The notes under the pieces were generated by a model. The model ran no database searches, had not been told where the DNA came from, and saw nothing but the letters and a program-made list of their open reading frames with translations. The translations under genes and the position numbers were made by a program. A DNA stretch of 61,747 nt, filler included. It is 4 parts of 4 records of this genome, joined end to end, with 100 filler letters (N's around TTAATTAATTAA, not from the genome) between each part and the next. Parts side by side here need not be neighbours in the genome. Positions count along the whole stretch, not along the records: positions 25,526 to 49,295 come from SRR31156797_21678; positions 49,396 to 55,477 come from SRR31156797_21688; positions 55,578 to 61,747 come from SRR31156797_21703; 1 more part is not named here. The stretch is one strand, 5' to 3'. How positions within the stretch are numbered: the stretch's first letter is position 1; each line of letters opens with the position of its first letter. This document shows positions 47,611 through 56,204 of this stretch, one piece after another.

Positions 47611-48299
47611 TGGGGTGCCACCTCCTTGAGCAGAATCTGGCGGATAACGTTCCATAGAGCATCTATATCCACCTTTTGTCCCGTGGATGGGACATTGAAA
47701 AAATCACGGGGGTGAATAATTTCAAGCCGTTTGCGTAGCTCTTTTCGTTCCTGAGCAAAACACAATGCAATTCCCGAATATCCCTGACGCAGGACTATCT
47801 CCGGCAGATTTTTATCTTCTACCGGGGGAAGCAGACCGGAACATTCCCCAGTCATGAACGAAGCCCTTTTCACAGCGAACTGGTAGCCGTCTTCACCGAA
47901 AGTCTTTTTTAATTCATTTACCTGTGTTTTCATGATGCAGCGCGAAATTTCTCCTGCATTGACTGCCAGACCGAGATATTCAGCTAATTTGCGCAGGGTG
48001 GGGGCGTCTAATAGGGCCAGCCTGCTGCGCGGGACCATAAAATCGAGGAACCAGTTTTCCGGTGCATCTTCAACCAGCAGGGCCAGCAGTGAGCAGAGCC
48101 GTTTTTTGCCCCGTTCAGATTCCATGGTTTTTTCAAACAACCCGGTATCCAGAAACGCTTTGCCCTGCGCGGTCAACAGGTTGGTATCCAAACCTTTGTT
48201 ATTGCGCAGGGTACAGGCTGTGCTGGCGTTGAAGGCAACAATGGCAGCCAGAAGCTGCCTGTTGCTTTTGATGATATGTTTAAGGAAAGCCTTTCCCAT
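47589..48299 (-). CDS. sctK: T3SS sorting-platform adaptor (YscK-like)
   Basis: Position between sctJ and sctL; RLALLD...LGL...YQFA. Confidence 0.72.
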   Translation of the reverse strand: MGKAFLKHIIKSNRQLLAAIVAFNASTACTLRNNKGLDTNLLTAQGKAFLDTGLFEKTMESERGKKRLCSLLALLVEDAPENWFLDFMVPRSRLALLDAPTLRKLAEYLGLAVNAGEISRCIMKTQVNELKKTFGEDGYQFAVKRASFMTGECSGLLPPVEDKNLPEIVLRQGYSGIALCFAQERKELRKRLEIIHPRDFFNVPSTGQKVDIDALWNVIRQILLKEVAPQWAPCFA

Positions 48300-48303
48300 A
48301 TTT

Positions 48304-48390
48304 TGCCTCCGGCAGCCCTCCGGGGTCCAAGGAACTCTTTTTAAAAAGGTTTCTTTGGAATCTCCTAAAACTTTTATTAGGGCTTCGCCG
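48304..48390 (+). repeat. REP/MITE-like palindromic intergenic element, copy 1
   Basis: GCCTCCGGCAGCCCTCCGGGG, an imperfect palindrome CCAAGGAACTCTTTTT/AAAAAGGTTTCTTTGG, then AAAACTTTTATTAGGGCTTCGCC; related to the inverted copy at 49223-49295. Confidence 0.75.
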
Positions 48391-48429
48391 TTGTGTTTTA
48401 TTATTCTGTATTCTTAATTAAATTTTGAC

Positions 48430-49209
48430 CTATTCCAACATCTGTTGGTTTTTTTGTTTTTCGGTTCTCATGCCTTGCTTTTTGAAATAGAAAATTGTCC
48501 CGAGCATCCCGACCAGCAGCAGCCCGCAGCTCGCTAAGAGCAGTTCCACCATGGTTGCCGATTGCGGAGCCACTTTCAGGCCCAGAACATCGGTATAGGG
48601 TACCGGACGGGTGCGTGAGGCCGGAGGTGCCGCAGGGAACAGAAAGGCCGAGATAGAATCGTATTTCAGATCCTGAACACTGTTTTCCACCAGCTTTTTG
48701 ATCTGGTGGACTTTGCTTACAATATCAGAATCGCGGCGGTATTTGATGAACACAGATGCCGATGAAGGAGTAGTCTTCTCGCCAAGGGCATCTTCTTCGG
48801 GAAGCACGATGTGCACCCGCGCAGCCAGCACTCCGTCAATTTCGGCGATGGTCCCGGCTACCTCTTGTGAAAGTGCAAAGATGAAGCGGGCTTTTTCCTC
48901 CAGCGGGGAAGATATAATTCCTTCCTTTTTAAAGATCATGCCCATGTTTTCATAGCGGTCACGCGGCAAACCATTCTGCTCCAGCAGGTCCATGCCCGCG
49001 GCAATATGGTCGCGTTCCACGGTGATGATCCATGTGCCTTTGTCCCCCGGTTCTTTGCGCGCGTCATAGCCGCCGTCCAGTAGCAGAGCCAGAATTTCGT
49101 TGGCATCCTGTTCTTGCAATCCGGTGTAAAGCTGCTCCTGACATCCTGCCAGAAGGCTGATTAAACAAAAGCAAACTATTAGTTTTATGCATCGTGCCAC
49201 TACGGACAT
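48430..49209 (-). CDS. sctJ: T3SS inner-membrane ring lipoprotein
   Basis: Lipobox LAGC, LYTGLQEQDANE, SSPLEEKAR, IDGVLAARVHIVLP, SASVFIK, C-terminal TM helix. Confidence 0.95.
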   Translation of the reverse strand: MSVVARCIKLIVCFCLISLLAGCQEQLYTGLQEQDANEILALLLDGGYDARKEPGDKGTWIITVERDHIAAGMDLLEQNGLPRDRYENMGMIFKKEGIISSPLEEKARFIFALSQEVAGTIAEIDGVLAARVHIVLPEEDALGEKTTPSSASVFIKYRRDSDIVSKVHQIKKLVENSVQDLKYDSISAFLFPAAPPASRTRPVPYTDVLGLKVAPQSATMVELLLASCGLLLVGMLGTIFYFKKQGMRTEKQKNQQMLE

Positions 49210-49222
49210 TTAATGTTCCTTT

Positions 49223-49295
49223 GGCAAAGCCTTAATAAAAGGTTTCGGTTTTTTAAACCCTTTTGCAAAAGGGTTTAAGGCCCCCGGCAGGGCCG
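49223..49295 (-). repeat. REP/MITE-like palindromic intergenic element, copy 2 (cut by contig end)
   Basis: Perfect 26-bp palindrome TTAAACCCTTTTGCAAAAGGGTTTAA (49253-49278); flanks match copy 1 in reverse complement. Confidence 0.75.
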
Positions 49296-49395
49296 NNNNN
49301 NNNNNNNNNNNNNNNNNNNNNNNNNNNNNNNNNNNNNNNTTAATTAATTAANNNNNNNNNNNNNNNNNNNNNNNNNNNNNNNNNNNNNNNNNNNN
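49296..49395. other. Artificial contig linker
   Basis: N44-TTAATTAATTAA-N44. Confidence 0.98.
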
Positions 49396-49421
49396 TTTAG
49401 GGTTAGGTTTGGTTAAAGATT

Positions 49422-49457
49422 GAAAGCCGCTGTCGATTTAAATTGACAGTGGCTTTC
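49422..49457. terminator. Hairpin, probable terminator of an upstream gene
   Basis: GAAAGCCGCTGTCGATT-TA-AATTGACAGTGGCTTTC. Confidence 0.6.
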
Positions 49458-49538
49458 TAAATTTATAACATTTGCATTATCCGATTATTAAGCTTTAATT
49501 AAGCTAATATTTCGCAGAACTTTTTCATATTTATTCCT

Positions 49539-50984
49539 ATGTCATTTATTTTTATATCGTACCTCCTTCTGCTTATTTATATTGTTGTTAAATCAGCAAA
49601 AAAATCAAAAAGCAATACTGATTTTGTAATAGGTGGCAATAAAATATCGGGATATTCTCTTGCTTTATCTGAAAGAGCTACAGGAGAATCTGCATGGTTG
49701 CTTTTAGGTCTCACCGGTCATGCATATGCTGAAGGGATTGCATCCATATGGGTTGCTTTGGGATGTGTTTCGGGTATATTTTTCATTTGGGTCTTTTTAG
49801 CCAAACCGCTACAGCGTTTACAGGCAAAAACGGGTGCTTTAACAGTACCATCACTTTTTATTAATAAATTTCCTCAACATACAAAATCCATTACACTTCT
49901 TACTTCAGCTGTCATCATCTTCTTTTTTATGCTTTATATAGCTTCCCAGTTTTCAGGAGCAGGTATTATTTTCAACAATACTTTTGGTATCGATCCTTTC
50001 TGGGGAGTGGTCATTGGTTCATTACTGGTAACTATTTACACTATGCTTGGAGGATTTATAACTGTAGTAGCTACAGATGCCTTTCAGGCTATATTAATGG
50101 CTATTACATGTTTGGTTTTACCCATAGTTGCCTATTTTATATCAAAAGCCAATGGAGTTGATTTGTCAGGATTAATGACGACTATTCCTGATTCATATCA
50201 ATCAAACAATAGTGATAACTTATTTTCCGGGCTTTTAATAGTAAATGGATTTAGCTGGGCATTAGGATACACGGGTCAACCTCAATTATTAACCCGAATG
50301 ATGGCTTTGAGGAATGATAAAGAAACATATCAAGGAAGAATTGTAGCGATTATATGGACCGTATTGGCTTATGGAGGTGCATTTATGATTGGTCTACTGG
50401 GTTATAAAATGGTTCAAAACGGATTACTTGGTGATGCTGCTCAAACACTAGCTAATGATGCCGAAAAGATAATGCCCACAATGGTTGTGCTTCTTTTACA
50501 TCCTCTACTTGCCGGAGTATTATTATCCGGAGCTGTTAGTGCGATGATGTCGACTGCCTCATCACAATTAATGGTAGCTTCTACTGCAATTAGTGAAGAT
50601 TTGATTGAAAGTCTGAAACATCTAAAATATAGCCAACAACGAAAATTATTCATCAATAAAGCGCTTATTATTTTAGTAGGTATTGTGGCATTTGGCCTGG
50701 CTATATCTATGAAAGAAACCGTATACGGACTGGTTTCCTACGCCTGGTCGGGCATTGGCGCCTCCTTTGGCCCTGCTATTTTGTTATTATTATTCTGGAA
50801 AAGATTTTCCGTGGCAGGTTTATTCGGATCATTTATCGGTGGATCCATCACAACTATTATTTGGAAAACCTGGCTGGTTGATTCTACCCATATTAGTGAA
50901 AGATTAATGAGTTACCTGATTGCATTTACTTTAGCTGTTGGGCTATCTTTGCTATTCCCTAATAAAAAAGAAGCACTGCATTAA
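49539..50984 (+). CDS. putP: Sodium:proline symporter (SSS family)
   Basis: ALSERATGESAWLLLGL, YTMLGGF..V..TD..Q, LGYTGQPQLLTR, SAMMSTASSQL, YAWSGIGASFGP. Confidence 0.8.
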   Translation: MSFIFISYLLLLIYIVVKSAKKSKSNTDFVIGGNKISGYSLALSERATGESAWLLLGLTGHAYAEGIASIWVALGCVSGIFFIWVFLAKPLQRLQAKTGALTVPSLFINKFPQHTKSITLLTSAVIIFFFMLYIASQFSGAGIIFNNTFGIDPFWGVVIGSLLVTIYTMLGGFITVVATDAFQAILMAITCLVLPIVAYFISKANGVDLSGLMTTIPDSYQSNNSDNLFSGLLIVNGFSWALGYTGQPQLLTRMMALRNDKETYQGRIVAIIWTVLAYGGAFMIGLLGYKMVQNGLLGDAAQTLANDAEKIMPTMVVLLLHPLLAGVLLSGAVSAMMSTASSQLMVASTAISEDLIESLKHLKYSQQRKLFINKALIILVGIVAFGLAISMKETVYGLVSYAWSGIGASFGPAILLLLFWKRFSVAGLFGSFIGGSITTIIWKTWLVDSTHISERLMSYLIAFTLAVGLSLLFPNKKEALH

Positions 50985-50985
50985 T

Positions 50986-53900
50986 CTATGACATTTCATT
51001 ATTTAAAGGGATGGTAAAATAAAAAGTCGAACCTTTATTTACTTTAGACTCCAAGCATATCTTTCCACCTAAAATTTCAACAAAAGCTTTGGCTATAGCC
51101 AATCCTAATCCCGATCCTTCATATACTTTTTCATCTTCAATATCCGCTTTTTCAAAACGGTTAAAGATGGCTTCCTTTCTATTATCCGGAATACCTATTC
51201 CTGTATCTTTTATTATAAATTGTAATTGACTCACCTGTTCCTCAACTCCAATAGTTACTTCACCCTTATGTGTAAATTTTATGGCATTCTTTATTAGGTT
51301 AGATAATATAGAATTCAGTTTTGTTTTATCAGCAATTACTTGCTTTTGAAGTAAAGATGCATCGCAATCCAACAATAGTTTTAATCCTTTTTCTTCCACC
51401 TTCATTTCAAAAAAGTCAATCATATCATATAAAACGGATCCTAATTCAAATGATTCGAAATTTAAACTTACCTGCTTTGCCTCTATTACAGAAATATCCA
51501 CAATATCATTTATGGTGTTCATTAGGCGTTCACCGCTTTTATTAATTACATGAATATACCTTTGCGTTTCGATAGGCGACAAATTGGGTTCTGACAATAA
51601 ATTAGTAAAACCTAAAATACCATTCATCGGAGTTCTAATTTCATGACTCATGTTTTGAAGAAAAGCTGTTTTTAACCGGTTACTTTCTTCAGCTTTTTCT
51701 TTAGCCGTAACCAACTCTTTAGTTCTTGTTTGAACTAATTCTTCTAAATGACTACGATGTCGCTCCAATTCTTCATTCTGATTTTGAATAATTTTAGTGC
51801 GTTCAAACACCTTTTCCTGTAGCCTCTTTCTATCCCTTTTTAGTTTATATATCCGGAATTTCACAACTCCATATACAATTCCAACAATAAATATAATTGT
51901 GATAATATAAAACCATGTTTTTTGCCAAAAAGGTATTGGAATAGAGATTTGTAGCTTGGAATCCTGAGTACTCCATACTCCACTACTATTAGCCACCTGT
52001 ACTTTAAATATATAATCTCCTGGATCGAGGTTTGTATATTTGGCGGTTCTATCATTTACATCGGAAAGCACCCATTCCTTATCAAACCCTTCCAACTTGT
52101 ACTTGAATAAGTTTTTTAAAGGATAGGTAAAACTTATTGCATTAAATTTAACAAGAAGTATTGACGCTTTTCTGGATAAAACAATACCACTTTCAGAACC
52201 TCCCGGTACATCTAACCAATTTCGTTTTTCATTGTCCACTTCTATGGATGAAAAGTATGATTTAAAATCACTAACCTGCTGAACTACCTGATTAGGATCG
52301 AAGTAACTAAAACCATTGGTACCTCCAAAATAGAGAATTCCGTCCGGCGTTTTGTAAAATGATTGAAAAAAGAACTGATTCCCCTGAATACCATCTTCCT
52401 GACTAAAAGAAGTAATCTTTTCTGCATCCTGAACATAGCGATTCAAGCCATTATTTGTTGAAATCCAAATTTCTCCTTTTTTACCTTCCAATATGCCATA
52501 AATAAAGTTATCCGATAGGCCATTATCCTTAGTATATTTTTTTATCAGCTCACCTTCCTTATTAAAAACAAATACGCCTTTATCAAGGGTTCCTACCCAA
52601 AAATGATTATCAGTATCAATGTGCATACAACTACTGTTGGATAATGATATTAACTGATCAAATGCTCCATTTGCCTCATTATATCTATAAACTCCTCTAA
52701 AATCCACGGCAAACATGGCACTTTTATTATGCTCATAAAACAGAGGTGAATTAATATCATCTTTACTTTTAAAAAGATGATAATTTTGGATTTTACCAGT
52801 TTGTTTATCCATCATACGGACAGAACCATCTATACTGCTAAACCATAAGCGATCTTGTGCATCAATATACATTGACCATCCCCTTCTTGATGAAATTTTA
52901 TTTATTTTTCTAATGACGGCATCATCATTAATAAATATTTCTTTTTGAGGATTGAATTTACACAAACCCTTTTCCCAGGTTAGTATCCAAATGATTCCAT
53001 CTGCATCCTGTGCAATACTTCTAATCGTATTTGAAACCAGACCTTTATTTACATCATCTGCCACATAGTTTTTAAAGCTGTCTTCTTTAGTATCAAATAC
53101 ACTGATTCCTCCTCCATCAGTTCCAACCCATATTCTACCTTTATTATCTTCGAAAAAACATCCGACATGATTATAAATTAATCCATTTGATGAATTTAAA
53201 TCTCTTCCCGAAACATTTCTTTGTTGCTTGGTTTGAAAGGTATACCTGGCCGGATTATAAAACTCTACTCCTCCTCGAGATGATCCGAGCCATAAAATAT
53301 CCTCGTCGTCTTTATGTAAACATAAAATCCCATCAGTAGAAAGATTGTACTTTGAATCTGATTTTAATATATGTTCTATTTTACCGGTTTGTCGATCAAG
53401 CCTGTTTAACCCTCCCTGATCAATTGCAATTAGCAAATAACGTTCATCTTCTTCGAGAACACCCATCACTAAATTTCCACTTAACCCGCTATTTCCGCTC
53501 TGTTCTTTATAATTAGTATATTGATGCTGATCTAAATTAAAACTCCATAATCCTAAACCTTCAGTTCCTATCCAAATAGTATTATTTTTATCTAACAACA
53601 ATCTTTTGTAAGTACCCAACTCTTCACTTTGACCTGGGTTGGAATAATACATAAGCTTCTTATCGCTATGTATATAACTATATATACCATTTTCATATGT
53701 ACATATCCATAACAGGTTATGATCACCCTCAACAATAGAAGTAACTTGCTGATTTCTTTCTTCACCTATAAAATTGATCTTAATAAAATCATTTAATTCG
53801 TCATCCCATAAAAACAAGCCTTTGTATGATCCAACCCATAATTGACCATTAGAATCCTCATAAGTACAGTACACTAAATCATTGCTGATTGAGGTTCCAT

Positions 53901-54270
53901 CATCTTTATTAAAATGATAAACCTCAAAGCTATCTGTGGCTACATCATATTTATTTAACCCATCTCTGGTTGAGAACCAAATATATCCCTTAGAATCCTG
54001 AAATATTTGTACAATTCGATTACTACTAATCGATCCTGAAATACTGCTGTCGGGCTGATAGGGCTTTAATGAATAACCGTCGTATCTAAACAAGCCAACG
54101 CCATCGGTTCCAATCCATAGAAACCCATTGTTATCCCGATGCAAAGCTCTAATCATAGGTAAGCCTTGTTCTGTTTTCAATTGGCTAAAATGCAAATCAG
54201 CACTTACATGAAGAGATTGCATGTAAATAATGACAAAAAAAATACACTTATATATCTTTTGAATACCCAT
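50986..54270 (-). CDS. Sensor histidine kinase with periplasmic Reg_prop beta-propellers and a Y_Y_Y domain
   Basis: LWIGT.G.GL repeats; FKYKLEGFDKEW...YTNLDPGDY; TM helix; NMSHEIRTPMN; N, G1 and G2 boxes; no receiver or AraC domain. Confidence 0.9.
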   Translation of the reverse strand: MGIQKIYKCIFFVIIYMQSLHVSADLHFSQLKTEQGLPMIRALHRDNNGFLWIGTDGVGLFRYDGYSLKPYQPDSSISGSISSNRIVQIFQDSKGYIWFSTRDGLNKYDVATDSFEVYHFNKDDGTSISNDLVYCTYEDSNGQLWVGSYKGLFLWDDELNDFIKINFIGEERNQQVTSIVEGDHNLLWICTYENGIYSYIHSDKKLMYYSNPGQSEELGTYKRLLLDKNNTIWIGTEGLGLWSFNLDQHQYTNYKEQSGNSGLSGNLVMGVLEEDERYLLIAIDQGGLNRLDRQTGKIEHILKSDSKYNLSTDGILCLHKDDEDILWLGSSRGGVEFYNPARYTFQTKQQRNVSGRDLNSSNGLIYNHVGCFFEDNKGRIWVGTDGGGISVFDTKEDSFKNYVADDVNKGLVSNTIRSIAQDADGIIWILTWEKGLCKFNPQKEIFINDDAVIRKINKISSRRGWSMYIDAQDRLWFSSIDGSVRMMDKQTGKIQNYHLFKSKDDINSPLFYEHNKSAMFAVDFRGVYRYNEANGAFDQLISLSNSSCMHIDTDNHFWVGTLDKGVFVFNKEGELIKKYTKDNGLSDNFIYGILEGKKGEIWISTNNGLNRYVQDAEKITSFSQEDGIQGNQFFFQSFYKTPDGILYFGGTNGFSYFDPNQVVQQVSDFKSYFSSIEVDNEKRNWLDVPGGSESGIVLSRKASILLVKFNAISFTYPLKNLFKYKLEGFDKEWVLSDVNDRTAKYTNLDPGDYIFKVQVANSSGVWSTQDSKLQISIPIPFWQKTWFYIITIIFIVGIVYGVVKFRIYKLKRDRKRLQEKVFERTKIIQNQNEELERHRSHLEELVQTRTKELVTAKEKAEESNRLKTAFLQNMSHEIRTPMNGILGFTNLLSEPNLSPIETQRYIHVINKSGERLMNTINDIVDISVIEAKQVSLNFESFELGSVLYDMIDFFEMKVEEKGLKLLLDCDASLLQKQVIADKTKLNSILSNLIKNAIKFTHKGEVTIGVEEQVSQLQFIIKDTGIGIPDNRKEAIFNRFEKADIEDEKVYEGSGLGLAIAKAFVEILGGKICLESKVNKGSTFYFTIPLNNEMS

Positions 54271-54396
54271 TTAAATTATTCTAGACTACCTTGTTATAAG
54301 GTTTTGATTTTATACTTATTAAGTTAGTATTATTAATATTTAATACATATTCACTGAATTATTAACAATGCATAATTCAATATTCATCGCTTGTAA

Positions 54397-55477
54397 TTAC
54401 AACTCTACGTTTAACAACGCAGAAATGAGTTCATCTTTAATCACAGGTTTCCCTACATATCCATCGAAACCATATTGTAAAATTTCCTTTTTTTCGGCTG
54501 GCGTTGCAAAAGCGGTAACGGCTATAATAGGTACTTTTTCATTGAATTTTCTAATCTCCTTTAATGCATCTATTCCCGATTTTAAAGGCATTTTTATATC
54601 CATTAAAACCACAAATGGTTTTGACTTATCAATATGCTTTAGATAATTTACGACCTGAATTCCATCTTTAGCCCAATACTTTACCTTAAGATTAAACTTA
54701 AAAAGTAAGTTTTTCAGGAATAGAAAATTAAACTCTTCATCTTCAGCAATCACCACATCAAAATCAAAACTCGTTATAAGGTCTTCATTTGGTGTTGCTT
54801 CTGTTTGTACTTTATCCTTTATGATGAGATACTCAGGCAAACTAAAATAAAAGGTGGTGCCCTTGCCTACTTCAGACTCCAACCATATTTTACCTCCCAT
54901 TATTTCAACTAGATGTTTAGAAATAGATAAACCAAGACCTGTACCTCTATATACTTCTTCTAAATTTTCCACCTTTTCAAAATGGTTAAAAATGGTTCTA
55001 TGATATTCCGGTGCTATACCAATTCCTGAATCTTTTACATAAAACACTAAACTACGCTCTTCTTTATAGTACCCAAAAGAAATAGTACCTCGTGGCGTAA
55101 ATTTTAAAGCATTATTAATTAAGTTGATTAATACCTGTCTAAAACGAACTACATCTGTATGTAAAACAAGATTTTCATCCTGATCATTAACCAACTTAAT
55201 ACGTTGATTTTCGTTTACCTTTAGTGTATAAAACTGATATAATTCATCGAGTACATTGTATAATGCAAAATCCTCCTTAAAAACTTCCAGCTGTCCTGAA
55301 TCAATTTTTGAAATATCCAGAATATCATTAATCAATACCATTAAAGACTCCGAATTGTTATGAATGATATCAATATAGCGTTTCTGAACATCCTTATCGT
55401 ATTCTTCTTCCAATAATCCTGAGAAACCCAAGATGGCATTCATGGGTGTTCTGATTTCGTGACTCATATTGGCTAAA
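54397..55477 (-). CDS. Hybrid histidine kinase/receiver, C-terminal part (5' truncated)
   Basis: LANMSHEIRTPMN, NLINNALKFT, GTGLGL; receiver AEDE...LMDIKMP...KP; frame open to the contig edge. Confidence 0.88.
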
Positions 55478-55577
55478 NNNNNNNNNNNNNNNNNNNNNNN
55501 NNNNNNNNNNNNNNNNNNNNNTTAATTAATTAANNNNNNNNNNNNNNNNNNNNNNNNNNNNNNNNNNNNNNNNNNNN
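55478..55577. other. Artificial contig linker
   Basis: N44-TTAATTAATTAA-N44. Confidence 0.98.
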
Positions 55578-55883
55578 CTTAGCGGTTACTCACTTTATTA
55601 CAATAGCATATCCAGCATGTACGATGCCTATGGGTGGTTTAATGGAGCATCTGCCTATGCCTATGAAGCATCAATTTATGCATTATATTCATCTGTTTAC
55701 TATGCATATGATGCATATGTGAATGCCAATGCCGCCTACGAGGTTCTTTTAAGCGCGGCGTACTATGCGTATTATGCCTGGTACTATAGCGATTTGGACT
55801 ACGCTTTTCTCTCGCAGTACTATGCGGGGGCTGGAGCCTATTACATTGCATATGCCATTTACTATGCGGGAGTTCTTTATTAG
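55578..55883 (+). CDS. Tyr/Ala-rich protein, probably a C-terminal fragment
   Basis: Frame open from the contig edge (LSGYSLYYNSISSMYDAY...); 26 Tyr and 22 Ala in the last 88 aa, encoded by mixed synonymous codons. Confidence 0.6.
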   Translation, partial: LSGYSLYYNSISSMYDAYGWFNGASAYAYEASIYALYSSVYYAYDAYVNANAAYEVLLSAAYYAYYAWYYSDLDYAFLSQYYAGAGAYYIAYAIYYAGVLY

Positions 55884-56204
55884 ATTCGTCGGCATCATCT
55901 AAACTTTCCTTATCACTTTGCAATCTCAGAATACCACGGGGGTGTCGACCGTTACAGGGGAGAAGCGATTGATCACCTTTAATTTGGATATTATGTATCA
56001 TAAAACAATGATGGAATTTCTTCACGGGTCCAGCTTCATAAATGTTGTACGAATCATAGGCAGGAGGCCCCTTTTTCTTCACTACATGTGCTGAAAGCTG
56101 CTTGAATACCGGATACTGTGCGGGAAATCCGTTCCCCCCGGTTCCTGGAATCTTCAAGCCGCTTTCAGCAAAAAATTATCCATACGGCATCATCGGATGC
56201 ATCC

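Noticed and set aside
36353-49209. Flagellar export apparatus
   Set aside because: SctW, SycN, SctX/Y, the SctJ lipoprotein and CesT chaperones are present and no flagellar structural genes are, which identifies an injectisome.
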